DNA of 64,000 nt from Spirochaetia bacterium (GTDB lineage Bacteria > Spirochaetota > Spirochaetia > CADAEX01): NCBI GenBank assembly GCA_963662795.1, contig OY759746.1, forward strand, positions 3,744,001 to 3,808,000, in the 5' to 3' direction. Positions 1 to 10,928 of the stretch are shown here, one piece after another. Made by a program: the position numbers and the translations under genes. Position 1 is the stretch's first letter; every line of letters begins with the position of its first letter. The notes beneath the pieces were generated by a model. The model did not search any database, was not told where the DNA came from, and saw nothing but the letters and a program-made list of their open reading frames with translations.

Positions 1-474
1 AGACGCGAGGACGCAATAGATTTTTCTGAAAAAGACTGGGATGACGTTATGAACATCAATGTAAAAACAGTTTTCTTTTTTGCACAGGCAGCTGCCAGAC
101 AGTTTATCAGACAGAAAACAGGCGGCAAAATAATCAATATAGCCTCCATGCTCTCTTTTCAGGGGGGGATAAGAGTTCCTTCCTATACCGCCAGTAAAAG
201 CGGAGTTATGGGAATAACAAGACTATTGGCAAACGAGTGGGCCAAATACAATATAAATGTTAATGCGCTTGCTCCCGGCTACATGGCGACAAACAATACT
301 CAGCAGTTGAGAGCTGATAAGGAACGCAGCGCGGAAATTCTTGAAAGGATACCTGCCGGACGGTGGGGCCTGCCGGACGATGTAAAAGGCCCGGCTGTTT
401 TTCTGGCTTCTTCAGCCTCAGATTATATTAACGGATACACCATTGCAGTTGACGGAGGCTGGCTTGCGAGATAG
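1..474 (+). CDS. kduD: 2-dehydro-3-deoxy-D-gluconate 5-dehydrogenase (SDR), 5'-truncated by the window edge
   Basis: Frame open from base 1 (RREDAIDFSEKDWDDVMNIN...). Has the KduD-typical 'IINIASMLSFQGGIRVPSYTASKSG' (YxxxK) and a 'DGGWLAR' end; lies next to kdgK/eda. Confidence 0.95.
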   Translation, partial: RREDAIDFSEKDWDDVMNINVKTVFFFAQAAARQFIRQKTGGKIINIASMLSFQGGIRVPSYTASKSGVMGITRLLANEWAKYNINVNALAPGYMATNNTQQLRADKERSAEILERIPAGRWGLPDDVKGPAVFLASSASDYINGYTIAVDGGWLAR

Positions 475-500
475 TGGGCTGTTCTTTTAAACTTGAACTG

Positions 501-528
501 AAACCGCCGTTTAACCGGCGGTTTTTTT
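501..528 (+). terminator. Intrinsic terminator after kduD
   Basis: aaaccgccg-tttaac-cggcggttt followed by a T run; sits between convergent genes. Confidence 0.85.
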
Positions 529-573
529 ACGTATTGCTATAAAAAATCATGTTCTGATTTCAATCATTGACTT

Positions 574-1680
574 TTACCGTTCTACCCTGGCGTTACCGCC
601 GGAAGCCAGTTTTCGTACTTCCTCAAGGGAGGCCATTGAAGTGTCCCCGGGTGTTGTCATAGCCAGTGCGCCATGTGCTGCACCGTAATTAACGCACTCT
701 TCAGGACTTAACCCCGCCATAAAACCGTAGATAAGGCCGGAAGCAAAACTGTCTCCTCCGCCTACCCTGTCATATATCTCAAGATTATTCCTCTGGGAAG
801 ACTGGTAAAAACTACCATTATAGTACATCAAAGCGCTCCAGTCATTGAAACCGGCGCTCCTTACGTCACGCAGTGTTGTTGCAACCGCCTTGAAACCGGG
901 ATATTTTTCCACAGCCTGTAAAATCATATTTTTATAGTTTGAAGAATCAAGGCCTGTAATGCTTTTTCCGAGACCATCAACTTCAAATCCAAGAGCAGCA
1001 GTAAAATCTTCCTCGTTGCCTATCATTACATCAACATATTTTGCTATTTCCCTGTTGACTTCTCTTGCATGTTCCCTGCCTCCGTTACTTTTCCACAGCG
1101 AAGGACGGTAATTGAGGTCATAAGAGATTACAGTTCCGGCATTTCTGGCCGCTTTCATGGCTTCTATTGTCAGCATGGCAGTACTCTCAGAAAGGGCAGC
1201 AAAAATCCCCCCGGTATGAAACCATCTGACCCCGTCTTCTTCGAACAGTTTTTTCCAGTCAATGTCCCCGGGTTTCAGCACGGATGCGGCTGTATGCGCC
1301 CTGTCTGACACTCCCTTTGCTCCGCGTACTCCGAAACCCTTCTCGACAAAATTAAGCCCCTGCCTGTATTCCCTACCAATTCCGTCATACGGAAACCATC
1401 TGCTGTATGAATAATCCACACCACCCTGGCAGATAAAATCCTCAAGCAGGTATCCGAGATCATTTTCAGGAATTCCTGTAACAACTGCAGTTTTTAGCTT
1501 AAAACATTTTCTTAGGCCGCGTATAACATTGTATTCTCCGCCGCCTTCCCATACTTTAAAGGATCTGGCAGACTTGATACGGCTGTCTCCGGGGTCAAAT
1601 CTTAGCATAATTTCACCAAGCGCTACTGCATCCCAGCGGCAGTTTTCCTGTTTTTTTATCTGAAGACTTTCCATACTCAC
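574..1680 (-). CDS. kdgK: 2-keto-3-deoxygluconate kinase (PfkB family)
   Basis: GEIMLR, GGGEYNV, YDLNYRPSLW, GNEED and DRVGGGDSFASG motifs; overlaps the eda stop. Confidence 0.9.
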   Translation of the reverse strand: MSMESLQIKKQENCRWDAVALGEIMLRFDPGDSRIKSARSFKVWEGGGEYNVIRGLRKCFKLKTAVVTGIPENDLGYLLEDFICQGGVDYSYSRWFPYDGIGREYRQGLNFVEKGFGVRGAKGVSDRAHTAASVLKPGDIDWKKLFEEDGVRWFHTGGIFAALSESTAMLTIEAMKAARNAGTVISYDLNYRPSLWKSNGGREHAREVNREIAKYVDVMIGNEEDFTAALGFEVDGLGKSITGLDSSNYKNMILQAVEKYPGFKAVATTLRDVRSAGFNDWSALMYYNGSFYQSSQRNNLEIYDRVGGGDSFASGLIYGFMAGLSPEECVNYGAAHGALAMTTPGDTSMASLEEVRKLASGGNARVER

Positions 1681-2357
1681 CCTTTTTTCCTTTTCAGTCT
1701 TGAAAGTATTTCTCTTGCCTTTAAAAGTTTTTTCGTTATTGAATTATAATCAAAATCATTTCCAATTACAGACGGGATTAATGAAGAACCAAGACCTACA
1801 CACGCGGCACCGGAACTAAACCATGCCGAAAGAGAGTCTTCCGTAGGCTCAACACCGCCTGTCGGCATTATATTGCTACGGGGACATGGACCGGCAAGGG
1901 CCTTTATGAATGCGGGCCCCCCAACCTGTGTACCGGGAAAAACCTTGCAGATTTCGACTCCCAGCTCTTCCGCATTATGTATTTCTGTCACGCTTCCGCA
2001 GCCGGGGGAATAGGGAATTTTTCTTTTATTGCAAAGATATGCAGTCTCTTTATCCAGAAAAGGGGCTACGATAAAATTTGCTCCATGCTGAATAAAAAGT
2101 GAAGCAGTAAACGGATCGGGAATCGACCCTGCTCCCAGAATGATATTACTGTGATTTTCCCTTGCGTATTTCTCCAGTTTCATGAAAATATCCACGGCAG
2201 AGTCCCCCCTGTTTGTAAATTCCAGTGTTCTTATTCCACCGGCGGCGCAGGCAGATAAAATTTTTTTAGATATTTCAAGACTGCTGTTATAGAAAACAGG
2301 TACAAGCCCTCCTTCAATCATGGCATTAATTGTTTCAATTCTGGAAAATCTCGGCAT
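1677..2357 (-). CDS. eda: KDPG/KHG aldolase
   Basis: LEFTNR, GAGSI, PGCGSVTEI, KVFPG (Schiff-base Lys) and MPTGGV motifs. Confidence 0.92.
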   Translation of the reverse strand: MPRFSRIETINAMIEGGLVPVFYNSSLEISKKILSACAAGGIRTLEFTNRGDSAVDIFMKLEKYARENHSNIILGAGSIPDPFTASLFIQHGANFIVAPFLDKETAYLCNKRKIPYSPGCGSVTEIHNAEELGVEICKVFPGTQVGGPAFIKALAGPCPRSNIMPTGGVEPTEDSLSAWFSSGAACVGLGSSLIPSVIGNDFDYNSITKKLLKAREILSRLKRKKG

Positions 2358-2383
2358 TATTATCTCCTGATACTTGTATTTTT

Positions 2384-2398
2384 TTCCACATTATGGTA
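2384..2398. promoter_or_regulatory. Candidate IclR/KdgR operator
   Basis: Imperfect palindrome TTCCA-catta-TGGTA just downstream of the predicted eda -10 box, in the divergent eda/iclR gap. Confidence 0.4.
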
Positions 2399-2407
2399 CT
2401 CTTTATT

Positions 2408-2437
2408 ATTATATGAAAATTATTGGAGAATTGTCAA
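2408..2437 (-). promoter_or_regulatory. sigma70-type promoter for eda-kdgK
   Basis: Minus strand TTGACA (2437-2432), 18 nt spacer, TATAAT (2413-2408). Confidence 0.75.
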
Positions 2438-2444
2438 TAAATAA

Positions 2445-3236
2445 ATGAAAGAAAATACAACAGGGCTTAATTCAAGTGAAATCAAAAATCCGGTTCAATC
2501 GATTACAAGAGCTTTTGATATACTGGAAACACTTTCAGTTAATACTCAGGGTCTTTCCCTGACAGAAATATCCGGCAAACTTGCTCTCCATAAAAGCACT
2601 ACCCACCGGATCCTTTCAGCACTTTGTGAAAGAAAATATATTGAAAAACAGGGCAGGACTTATAAACTTGGACTTGAATTCATCCATTTATCCAGTCAAT
2701 ACCTTAACAGTCTTGAACTAAAAACAGAAGCTGAACCTTTTTTAAAGGAACTCTCGGGGATGACAAACCAGACAGTTTTTATGGCAATAAGAGATAAAAA
2801 CGAAATTGTGTATATCGACAAGATTGAGCAGTTCAGCAGCCTGAGGCGTTATTCTGTAATCGGGACACGGCTTCCTCTTTATTGTACATCATTGGGAAGG
2901 GCATTTCTGATGTGTGAAAAAGATACAGAACTAAAAGAAACATTGAAACAGCTTGAAATCAAACAGCGCACCCCTAAAACAATAACTGATCCGGCTGTGC
3001 TTGAATCCCTTATAAAAAATTTTCGTGCCGGTGGCTGGACAGAGGACAATGAGGAAAACCAAAATGGAGTCAGATGCGCCGGAGCTCCAATTTTTGATTA
3101 CCGAAATAAAATTATCGCGGCAATCAGCACTGTATGGGATGCTGAGAATTCAGATATCGATTCTGAAAAAACAGGCAGGCTGGTAAAAAAAACTGCAGAA
3201 AGAATTTCCGAAAGGTTTGGCTGGATTGTTCCCTGA
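2445..3236 (+). CDS. IclR-family transcriptional regulator (KdgR-like)
   Basis: N-terminal 'VQSITRAFDILE...LHKSTTHRIL' HTH; 'LPLYCTSLGRA' and 'ENQNGVRCAGAPIFD'; divergent from eda. Confidence 0.92.
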   Translation: MKENTTGLNSSEIKNPVQSITRAFDILETLSVNTQGLSLTEISGKLALHKSTTHRILSALCERKYIEKQGRTYKLGLEFIHLSSQYLNSLELKTEAEPFLKELSGMTNQTVFMAIRDKNEIVYIDKIEQFSSLRRYSVIGTRLPLYCTSLGRAFLMCEKDTELKETLKQLEIKQRTPKTITDPAVLESLIKNFRAGGWTEDNEENQNGVRCAGAPIFDYRNKIIAAISTVWDAENSDIDSEKTGRLVKKTAERISERFGWIVP

Positions 3237-3406
3237 ATAAAATTAAACAAAAGGACAGTTTTTTTTGACTTCAGACTTACTTTCCTGCTTTTTCCTGCAA
3301 AAATAATTATAGCTATATTTGCTGATCCGGGGAAATAATAAATACTTTAATATTTTATAATCTGCAATATATGGAAATCAGTTTCAAAGAAAAATATTTA
3401 TTTAAA

Positions 3407-4606
3407 TTATAAACTTTTGAATTTGTTTTTATCATTTGATCGAACATTATTTCTGCTTATCCGGTGTGTTTCTATAGGGATTTCTTTTTGAACGTGTTTA
3501 AATGTTTTAATAATATCAGGATCAAAATAAGAACCAGACCAGTCATTAATTATTTTCACAGCCTCTTCATGAGACATGCTTTTTTTATAAGGTCTTTTTG
3601 ATACAAGAGCATCATATACATCAGCCAGCGCCATAATCCTGGCAGATAAAGGGATCTGATCTTCTTTAAGTCCATAAGGATATCCAGTGCCATCCCAGCG
3701 TTCATGATGATGACGGGCAATTTCAATTGCTATATCAAAAATACTTCTCCCGCTGATTTCTCTCTGGGCATCTTCCAATATCTCAGCACCTATTAATGTG
3801 TGCTTTTTCATTTCTTCAAATTCCTCAGCTGTCAATTTCCCGGATTTCAGAAGTATTGAATCAGATATCCCTATTTTACCTATATCATGAAGAGTTGATG
3901 CCTTTACACAGTCTGCAATATATATTTGTGAGATATACCTGGAATACTTTGATATTTTCTTAAGACGTATAAGAATTTTCTCAACAATGACAGATACCCT
4001 TCCAAGATGATTTTGTGTTTCCTTATCTCTTATTTCAGAGACATATCCCAATATTTTAAAAGTAGAATCATATATCTCCTGAGTTTTTCTGTTTTTAATA
4101 ATGTCAAGCCCAAGTATAAGTTTCTTTAGATAAAAGGTCACACCAATAATGCCAATAATTGAACCAGCTAAGATAACAGGAAGAATCCAATCATTGTAGT
4201 CTAATTTAAATATATTCAAATATATAATCGCCATGATATTCAGAATTACAAATGCAACGGTAAATCTCTTTTTTGTCAGAAAAATAGACAGGATCATGGG
4301 GAAAAGAACCATTATATTATTATGAGAATACAACTCAGAGCCCATAGTGTTGATAGCAATCATGGTAGCAGAAAGAGTAATAAGCATTATATGATTACCG
4401 GCTTCAACAAACCCGCTTCGGATTACAAAATAAGATAAAATCATTAATAAATTAAAAAAATTGAATATAATTACGCCGTTGGATAATGCTTTAATAATTA
4501 GTAAATGTTGTAAGTTATGCGCATTGTTAATTACAGTATAAAGAACAAGCAGAAACATATTTATTTTTAAATGTATTTCTTTTATGAAATCTACCTGTTC
4601 AATCAT
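3407..4606 (-). CDS. Membrane-anchored HD-GYP cyclic-dinucleotide phosphodiesterase
   Basis: Multi-TM N-terminus, then LHDIGKIG, HHERWDGTGYP and ADVYDAL..KRPYK. Start placed at ATG 4606 (GGAG 7 nt upstream) rather than the TTG at 4669. Confidence 0.9.
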   Translation of the reverse strand: MIEQVDFIKEIHLKINMFLLVLYTVINNAHNLQHLLIIKALSNGVIIFNFFNLLMILSYFVIRSGFVEAGNHIMLITLSATMIAINTMGSELYSHNNIMVLFPMILSIFLTKKRFTVAFVILNIMAIIYLNIFKLDYNDWILPVILAGSIIGIIGVTFYLKKLILGLDIIKNRKTQEIYDSTFKILGYVSEIRDKETQNHLGRVSVIVEKILIRLKKISKYSRYISQIYIADCVKASTLHDIGKIGISDSILLKSGKLTAEEFEEMKKHTLIGAEILEDAQREISGRSIFDIAIEIARHHHERWDGTGYPYGLKEDQIPLSARIMALADVYDALVSKRPYKKSMSHEEAVKIINDWSGSYFDPDIIKTFKHVQKEIPIETHRISRNNVRSNDKNKFKSL

Positions 4607-5015
4607 TGCGAGTCTCCGGGCAGTAACATCTTTTAGCGAAATTGTATTATAGGAACTGGTATAAATCAATAATTTTAACTTATAGCTGATTTTTATTACC
4701 CTTATTATTTACTTTACATAAAAGGATTTAGATATTTTTCTTCAACATCCGCCACAACCTCTCACAGGTATATAAAAATAACATTTTGTTTATCATGTAA
4801 CTCCAAATAAGATTTGGTTGTTATCAGTGTGTACAGGCAATATGAGCAAGTAGCCGGTATCTCCTTTTTTTACCAATATTTAGCGGCCGGCTGTCAGTCG
4901 TCCGCTATCTTTTTTTATCCGGTTAAACCTGCACTTGTAACTTATTTATTCCATGTTTGTTTATTTGATGGAACTTGATAATGTATTCAAGTACCCCTAA
5001 ATATTTTAAAAATCT

Positions 5016-5046
5016 AAGCGGCCATTGGGATACAGGCCGCTTTTTT
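5016..5046. terminator. Terminator hairpin downstream of the MCP gene
   Basis: aagcggcc...ggccgctt stem; T run on the + strand, shorter T-rich tail on the - strand. Confidence 0.7.
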
Positions 5047-5065
5047 ATTGCTCAAGAACTAATAT

Positions 5066-7132
5066 TTACTCAACTTTGAACTTGTCAATCTCACCTGATA
5101 ATTGAATAAGATTATTTCGTGTGTCCTGGGTTATTTTGTTTACATTCTGCACAGCCGCATTAATCTGTTCTGCTCCCGAAGCCATTTCATCCATGCCATT
5201 CCCCATTTCAACTGTTATATTTGAAAGATTCCCCATTTCCCTGAGAATTTCATTGCTTCCATTAAGCATTTGAGATGACCCGTTCTGAACCTGTACAGTA
5301 ATACTGTTAATCTCTTCCAGCGCCTGAAGGATCTGCACACTGCCTGTACTCTGTTCTTCCATAGCATTATTAATAACCTGTTCCTGATTTTTAACCTTGC
5401 TCAGATTCTCTACTATCTGTGCGAACTGAATCTTTGATTTGTCAGAAAGTTCAGCCGCGGTATTGATCTGGCCTTTTAAATTCTTTAGTACATTTGAAAT
5501 GGTTTTACCATGTACGGAGGAATTTTCCGCAAGCTTTCTTATTTCATCTGCTACAACGGCAAACCCTTTTCCCGAGCTGCCGGCATGTGCCGCCTCTATT
5601 GCGGCATTCATGGCCAGAAGGTTTGTCTGACTTGCTATATTCTGAATAATATTGCTTGCTTCAATCAAAACGTCTGAATCTTTTTCAATAACCTGCATAA
5701 TATCAACAATTGACTGTATACCGGTTTTTCCTGAATCAGATGCCTCGAGTAATTCCTCCATGAAAACAGCGTTTTTAGTTAAAATGCCTGCAACTGACTT
5801 AATATTTGCCACCATCTCCTCGATCGCTGTAGATGACTCTGTTATTGCTGAGGACTGACTGCTGATCAGGGTGTCAAGATTAACAATATGTTTTTCAATT
5901 TCTTTAACAGTTGAATGTGTTTCAGTTACTGATGTGGATTGATTTATTGTCTGATGCTTTAAGCTGGCAATATTTGCGGTAATTTGGTTCATGGAGGAGG
6001 CTGTTTCAGTCATATTTGCAGATAAATCGTTAACTATCTCCATCAAACTTTCAACTGAACCTTTAGTGGTTGAGACCATGCCGGCAAGACTGCCGATTGA
6101 AATATTAAAAATATTTGCCATTTGACCAATTTCATCCTTTGATTTTGAAAGCAGTCTACTGGTCAGGTTTCCTTTCGATATTGTATCCAGGACAGGGATC
6201 ATCTGAACAATCGGTTTTGCAATTGATTTTCCAACCAGCAGTGCAATAATAATTCCGGTAATTAAAAACAGAATTGTCCCAGCAATTACATAATTCCGCA
6301 GAACATAAATTCCGGAGATCAATTCTCTCTTTTCGATTGTTACAGTGAATATCCAATCTGTGCTTTTTACCGGCAGATATCCCGCTACTATATCTTTTTT
6401 GTTAAAATAATATTGGCCCAGCCCTTCCTGTCCCTTTAACATGGTCCGGACCACGTTCGCAAGCGGTTTCAGTTTTTCATCACTTTTTTCCGCTTCCAGC
6501 GGTGAAAACCTGTTCATAACCAGGTCTTTATTCGGGTGGGAAACAACAACACCTGAATTATTTATCATATAGGCGTATCCTGATTTGCCGAATCCCATGG
6601 AATCTGTAATTGTGTTTAAATCACCTGCGTCATTTACTGCAATGAGTATACCTGGAATTGAACTCTGACCCACAACCGGGACTGCAAATATCACAACAGG
6701 CTTTTTTATTTCATTATTAATAATTACATCGGAAAAAGCCCCTTCCCCGGAAAAAGCTTTTTTTACATACTCTCTGTCACCAATATTTTCTGTTTTACGG
6801 CTTAATACATAAGTGACCTGCCCGTCAGGTGTAACAATACCCAGATCAATATAACCTCTGTTTTCAGCCTCTGCTCTCAAAAAATTCATATATATCCCGA
6901 TATCCATGCTTTTTACTTCAGCACTTTTGGATATTTCCTTCAGGATCTGGAGATTTGAATTTATTGAATCAGCAATGAGTCTGCTGCCGACATTTGCCTG
7001 CATCAATAAAGACTGTCTGGCCATATCAGTGATTACTTTTGTTGTATTGATTATTGCAGTTAAGCCCATTCCAATTGAAATAAAGAACACAATCAAAGCA
7101 ATAATTATAGATATCTTTTTAGACAACTTCAT
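5066..7132 (-). CDS. Methyl-accepting chemotaxis protein (TM-dCache-TM-HAMP-MA)
   Basis: '[36 protein letters not shown]' signalling hairpin; '[16 protein letters not shown]' Cache motif; 'SKDEIGQMA' HAMP. Confidence 0.96.
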   Translation of the reverse strand: MKLSKKISIIIALIVFFISIGMGLTAIINTTKVITDMARQSLLMQANVGSRLIADSINSNLQILKEISKSAEVKSMDIGIYMNFLRAEAENRGYIDLGIVTPDGQVTYVLSRKTENIGDREYVKKAFSGEGAFSDVIINNEIKKPVVIFAVPVVGQSSIPGILIAVNDAGDLNTITDSMGFGKSGYAYMINNSGVVVSHPNKDLVMNRFSPLEAEKSDEKLKPLANVVRTMLKGQEGLGQYYFNKKDIVAGYLPVKSTDWIFTVTIEKRELISGIYVLRNYVIAGTILFLITGIIIALLVGKSIAKPIVQMIPVLDTISKGNLTSRLLSKSKDEIGQMANIFNISIGSLAGMVSTTKGSVESLMEIVNDLSANMTETASSMNQITANIASLKHQTINQSTSVTETHSTVKEIEKHIVNLDTLISSQSSAITESSTAIEEMVANIKSVAGILTKNAVFMEELLEASDSGKTGIQSIVDIMQVIEKDSDVLIEASNIIQNIASQTNLLAMNAAIEAAHAGSSGKGFAVVADEIRKLAENSSVHGKTISNVLKNLKGQINTAAELSDKSKIQFAQIVENLSKVKNQEQVINNAMEEQSTGSVQILQALEEINSITVQVQNGSSQMLNGSNEILREMGNLSNITVEMGNGMDEMASGAEQINAAVQNVNKITQDTRNNLIQLSGEIDKFKVE

Positions 7133-7360
7133 TGAACGACCTCCTGATAAAAATAATTCAAGATTAATAGTTATAAAGCTTTATTTAAGCTTTGTATATC
7201 TCCTGAGGTACATATGCGGTTTTAAAATAAAGATTCATTATTGATACAGATTATCATAAAATACTTATTCATGATTATATATCATACACTCATGATTCCA
7301 TCTTTAAACTATAATTATTAATATCTATAATATTTTTACGCTTAAAGGAAAAGTCTCAAC

Positions 7361-8329
7361 ATGCTGCCAAATATGGATTATAAGCTCGACTCATTACTGA
7401 AAGATGAAAGAATATATATAAAACCTTTATTAAGGGCTTCTGTAATTGCAGGATTATTCATCATTCTTTCAATCTCCTATATCTTTATTTCCGGTCAAAT
7501 AGCTTTTCAAAGTGCAGATACTGCTTCTAATCTTCATAAATATGAATCCATAAAAGGTATTATTTATGTATCTTTGGCTGGGCTAATAATATTTCTTATT
7601 TTATTTTTCTCTTTCAAAAAAATTGGAAACTATGCACAGACGATTGTGAATAACAACAAAACTCTTATTCGCAATGAAGGACAAATTCTGGCCGGACTTA
7701 TTGCTTCGTCACTGGCTCATGATATTAATAATTTAAATCAAATAATTCTTGGGAATATTTCCCTGATTTCAGAAAGTTCATCATACCTGTTTAATAAAGA
7801 GATTAATGAAATCAATAATGCTTCAAACAAACTGACTCATTTAACAAAAAACCTTTCCAGTGTTGCCGGGAACATTAATAGTGATTTCCGCGAAAAAGTT
7901 AATATCGTCCAATTAATTCACGATGTAATAACATTATCCAAAAAATACAAAAACGTAAATAAATGTACCGTTATTTATGATTTGCATGAAAATATTATCG
8001 TATCATTAAATTCTCATCTCTTCAGCCGTGTAGTACTGAACCTGATTATTAATGCCGCAGATTCAATTGAAACGAATGGTGTAATCGTTATAAAGCTTTC
8101 AAAAATAAAAAATGAGATAATATTTGAAATTAGCGATAATGGCTGTGGTATTCCGGCTAATCAGCAAAAGAAAATATTTGAACCTTTTTATACATCAAAA
8201 CAGTATGGGACTGGACTCGGTCTGGTATCGGTTAAAGTTTTTGTACAGGAACACAAGGGAGAGATTACTGTCAGTAAATCGGAGCTTGGAGGAACCTGTT
8301 TTACAATAAAAATACCAGCATCAGATTAA
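7361..8329 (+). CDS. Orphan membrane sensor histidine kinase
   Basis: Two TM helices; H-box LAHDINN, N-box NLIINAAD, G1 DNGCGI, F-box FEPFYTSK, G2 GTGLGL. Confidence 0.92.
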   Translation: MLPNMDYKLDSLLKDERIYIKPLLRASVIAGLFIILSISYIFISGQIAFQSADTASNLHKYESIKGIIYVSLAGLIIFLILFFSFKKIGNYAQTIVNNNKTLIRNEGQILAGLIASSLAHDINNLNQIILGNISLISESSSYLFNKEINEINNASNKLTHLTKNLSSVAGNINSDFREKVNIVQLIHDVITLSKKYKNVNKCTVIYDLHENIIVSLNSHLFSRVVLNLIINAADSIETNGVIVIKLSKIKNEIIFEISDNGCGIPANQQKKIFEPFYTSKQYGTGLGLVSVKVFVQEHKGEITVSKSELGGTCFTIKIPASD

Positions 8330-8634
8330 GTGCTGCAAAGATGGCGGCGTGATACACTTTAAACATCATGAAAATATGTGTTGACAAAAGGGCGCAGTTT
8401 AATTACCCGCTTCATAGCTGACTATAACTGCAACTTCCCTGCTTTTACTGTCCCTTTCAATGCAGTTTACTCTTCAGGGAATCAGCTATCCCAAAAAGAT
8501 TTTAATAAAAGTTTTCTAATGTCTCACTCATAGAGTGATTATAGCATATTTACCTGTTTTCCACCAAATAGCCGGAAGCACCTATTTTTATTGTTTAAAT
8601 ATTCAGCTCCGGTATTAATCGGAGCTGAAAGAAA

Positions 8635-10848
8635 TTATGATAAATATTTTGTATCCTCATATTTTTTTAACTGCTGGGATTGGTTAAAGTTTTTGGGATT
8701 TTTTTTGTATATCCATTGCATTGCAAAAACAAATAGAATAATTATTATACCAATCCAATCGGAAAACACACCAGGCTTTATGGAAAGGGCAGCCCCGGCA
8801 CAAATTAAAAATCTTTCAACCATAAACATTTTACGTTTAATATAACCTGCCATTCCAATAGCAAAACTAAGCGCACCGAACGAAGCCGTTAATATTACAA
8901 CGAATACCTTCAATGTGAAAGTCTGAGTACCGATAAGCAACGATGTATTATAAACAAAGATAAAGGGAACTATATACGCAACTGATGCAAGCCTCACAGC
9001 ATTAAAAGCTGTTGGCCAAAAATCTGCACCTGCAATTGCGGATGCCGCATATGATGTAATCGCTACCGGAGGAGTGAGTTCTGACATAATACCAAAATAG
9101 AAACAGAAAAGATGGGCTGCTATAGGCTCAACCCCTACTTTTACCATAATAGGAACAGTCATTATTGTCATTAAAATATAGTTAGCTGTTGTAGGAACAC
9201 CCATTCCAAGAACAATGCAAAGAAGCATTGTCAGAACCAGTGTCAACAACAGGTTGTTTTGTGCAATACCCGTAAGAAGGGAGGTAACAGCGGGAGTTAA
9301 ACCTGTAAGACTTGCAGTGCCGACAACAAAGCCTGCAGCCGCACATGGTATAGCTACTACCGTAAGAGTTTGCCCTGCCTGATCCAGGATATTTAGAAAT
9401 TTCTTAATATTAAGCCGAGTATTTTTATTTAACATACTCAAGACAATTGCCGCCACAAAAGCATAAAAAGGTGCAGCAAGAGCCGAGTATCCTCTTATCA
9501 GCATGCCAACGAGAATAATTACCGGTATAAAAAGATAACTTTTTTTCAAAGCTTCCATTTTCCATCCAACAGGTATTTCCGATTTGGGAAGGCCTACTGC
9601 TCCAATCTTACATGATTCAAAATGTATCATCGTAAATACACTTATGTAGTAAAGAGCAGCCGGAAGTATAGCTGCAACAACTATTTTAAGATAGCTTACA
9701 CCCAGAAACTCTGCCATAATAAAAGCAGCAGAACCCATAACTGGTGGCGTAACCTGACCACCAAGTGATGCCGCAGCTTCTGTCGCACCGGCCAGAGCAG
9801 GAGGAATACCTGTCCTTTTCATAAGTGGGATTGTTATAATCCCGGTTGTAGCAACATTGGAAGTAGAAGAACCGCTGAGCATAGCAAACATACTGCTTGC
9901 AACAACTGCCATTTTTGCGGGGCCTCCAACCATAGTCCCGAACCCCCCTTTAGCCATTTTGAGTAGAAGTTCTGCTAGTCCTGTGGCATGAAGAGCTGCT
10001 CCAAAAAGAAGAAACATGGCGATATATGTTGAAGAAACTCCGATCGGGGTAGACCACAAACCAATATCAAGAAGATAAAAATGTCTTATAATCATCGAAA
10101 TATTAAATCCGGGATGATAAAAAACACCGCCTACGAGAAAACCGAATTTACAGTAAATAAATAAAAATATTCCAATTGACATCAGAACCCTGCCGATGGA
10201 ACGTCTTGTTGCTTCAAGTACACAAAGTATTGTCCAAACACCGAAAATCTGGTCAGGCAGGGTAACAATCCCAGCCCTCATCACAATTGTGTCAGTGTAA
10301 ATAGCGATATACCAGCATCCGATAATACTTATAAAAATAAAAACAAAGTCATACCAGTATAGCCTATGTTCAATATCTTCATTATGGCTCTTTCTTTTTT
10401 TCTTGGTGAAATGTCTTGCTGCAACAAGCCCTGCAGTTATTAAAATAAAATAAGATAAATGCAGCATCAATGTTGCAGTTATTTTATTTACATAGAAAAA
10501 AAGAAAAATAGACATATTCAATCCAACCCCAATAAAAAAATAGGGGCCCCAAGGTTCCTTGTTTGATCCGCTGTTTCTATTGGCGGAAAATTTCAGAAAA
10601 CAGATCAAAAGAGCAAAACAGAGATGAACACTTCTCTGTCTCATCGCTGTGTACATACCGAACATAGCTGTATATAAATGAAATAAGCCAAACATTATTG
10701 CTATCACACTAATGGTTAAAAGCCATTTTTTGTCCAGGGTCCTGTATCCTGTAATTTGTTTTTCAAGCTTATCAGATGTTTTCTGAATTACTTCCATCTC
10801 CTGCTCTACAGTTAAAGGATCAAGTTTATCGCTCATTAGAGCCTCCAT
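8635..10848 (-). CDS. TAXI-type TRAP transporter, fused 4TM/12TM permease
   Basis: LEATRR, GGPAKMAVVASS, SGSSTSNVATTG, GGQVTPPVMGSAAFIMAE, GMGVPTTANY and LTPPVA motifs. Confidence 0.95.
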   Translation of the reverse strand: MEALMSDKLDPLTVEQEMEVIQKTSDKLEKQITGYRTLDKKWLLTISVIAIMFGLFHLYTAMFGMYTAMRQRSVHLCFALLICFLKFSANRNSGSNKEPWGPYFFIGVGLNMSIFLFFYVNKITATLMLHLSYFILITAGLVAARHFTKKKRKSHNEDIEHRLYWYDFVFIFISIIGCWYIAIYTDTIVMRAGIVTLPDQIFGVWTILCVLEATRRSIGRVLMSIGIFLFIYCKFGFLVGGVFYHPGFNISMIIRHFYLLDIGLWSTPIGVSSTYIAMFLLFGAALHATGLAELLLKMAKGGFGTMVGGPAKMAVVASSMFAMLSGSSTSNVATTGIITIPLMKRTGIPPALAGATEAAASLGGQVTPPVMGSAAFIMAEFLGVSYLKIVVAAILPAALYYISVFTMIHFESCKIGAVGLPKSEIPVGWKMEALKKSYLFIPVIILVGMLIRGYSALAAPFYAFVAAIVLSMLNKNTRLNIKKFLNILDQAGQTLTVVAIPCAAAGFVVGTASLTGLTPAVTSLLTGIAQNNLLLTLVLTMLLCIVLGMGVPTTANYILMTIMTVPIMVKVGVEPIAAHLFCFYFGIMSELTPPVAITSYAASAIAGADFWPTAFNAVRLASVAYIVPFIFVYNTSLLIGTQTFTLKVFVVILTASFGALSFAIGMAGYIKRKMFMVERFLICAGAALSIKPGVFSDWIGIIIILFVFAMQWIYKKNPKNFNQSQQLKKYEDTKYLS

Positions 10849-10877
10849 TCTTTATTAAAAAAATATAAAAAATTATT

Positions 10878-10908
10878 AAAAAGGACTGCTCTTCAGGAAC
10901 AGCCCTTT
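10878..10908 (-). terminator. Intra-operon terminator/stabilising hairpin between the racemase gene and the TRAP permease
   Basis: Minus strand aaagggctgttc-ctgaa-gagcagtccttt followed by further Ts. Confidence 0.7.
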
Positions 10909-10928
10909 AAATCATAAAGAGATAATAT

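Noticed and set aside
162-168. G7 tract in kduD as a phase-variation site
   Set aside because: Encodes the conserved QGG motif of an ordinary metabolic enzyme.
8380-8490. Minus-strand stretch with riboswitch-like words (GAGTA...GGGAAGTTGC) and a frame reading 'IERDSKSREVAVIVSYE', faintly Phd/YefM-like
   Set aside because: Lacks the THF and c-di-GMP core motifs, sits downstream rather than upstream of a gene, and the peptide fragment has no start and is too short to support a call.
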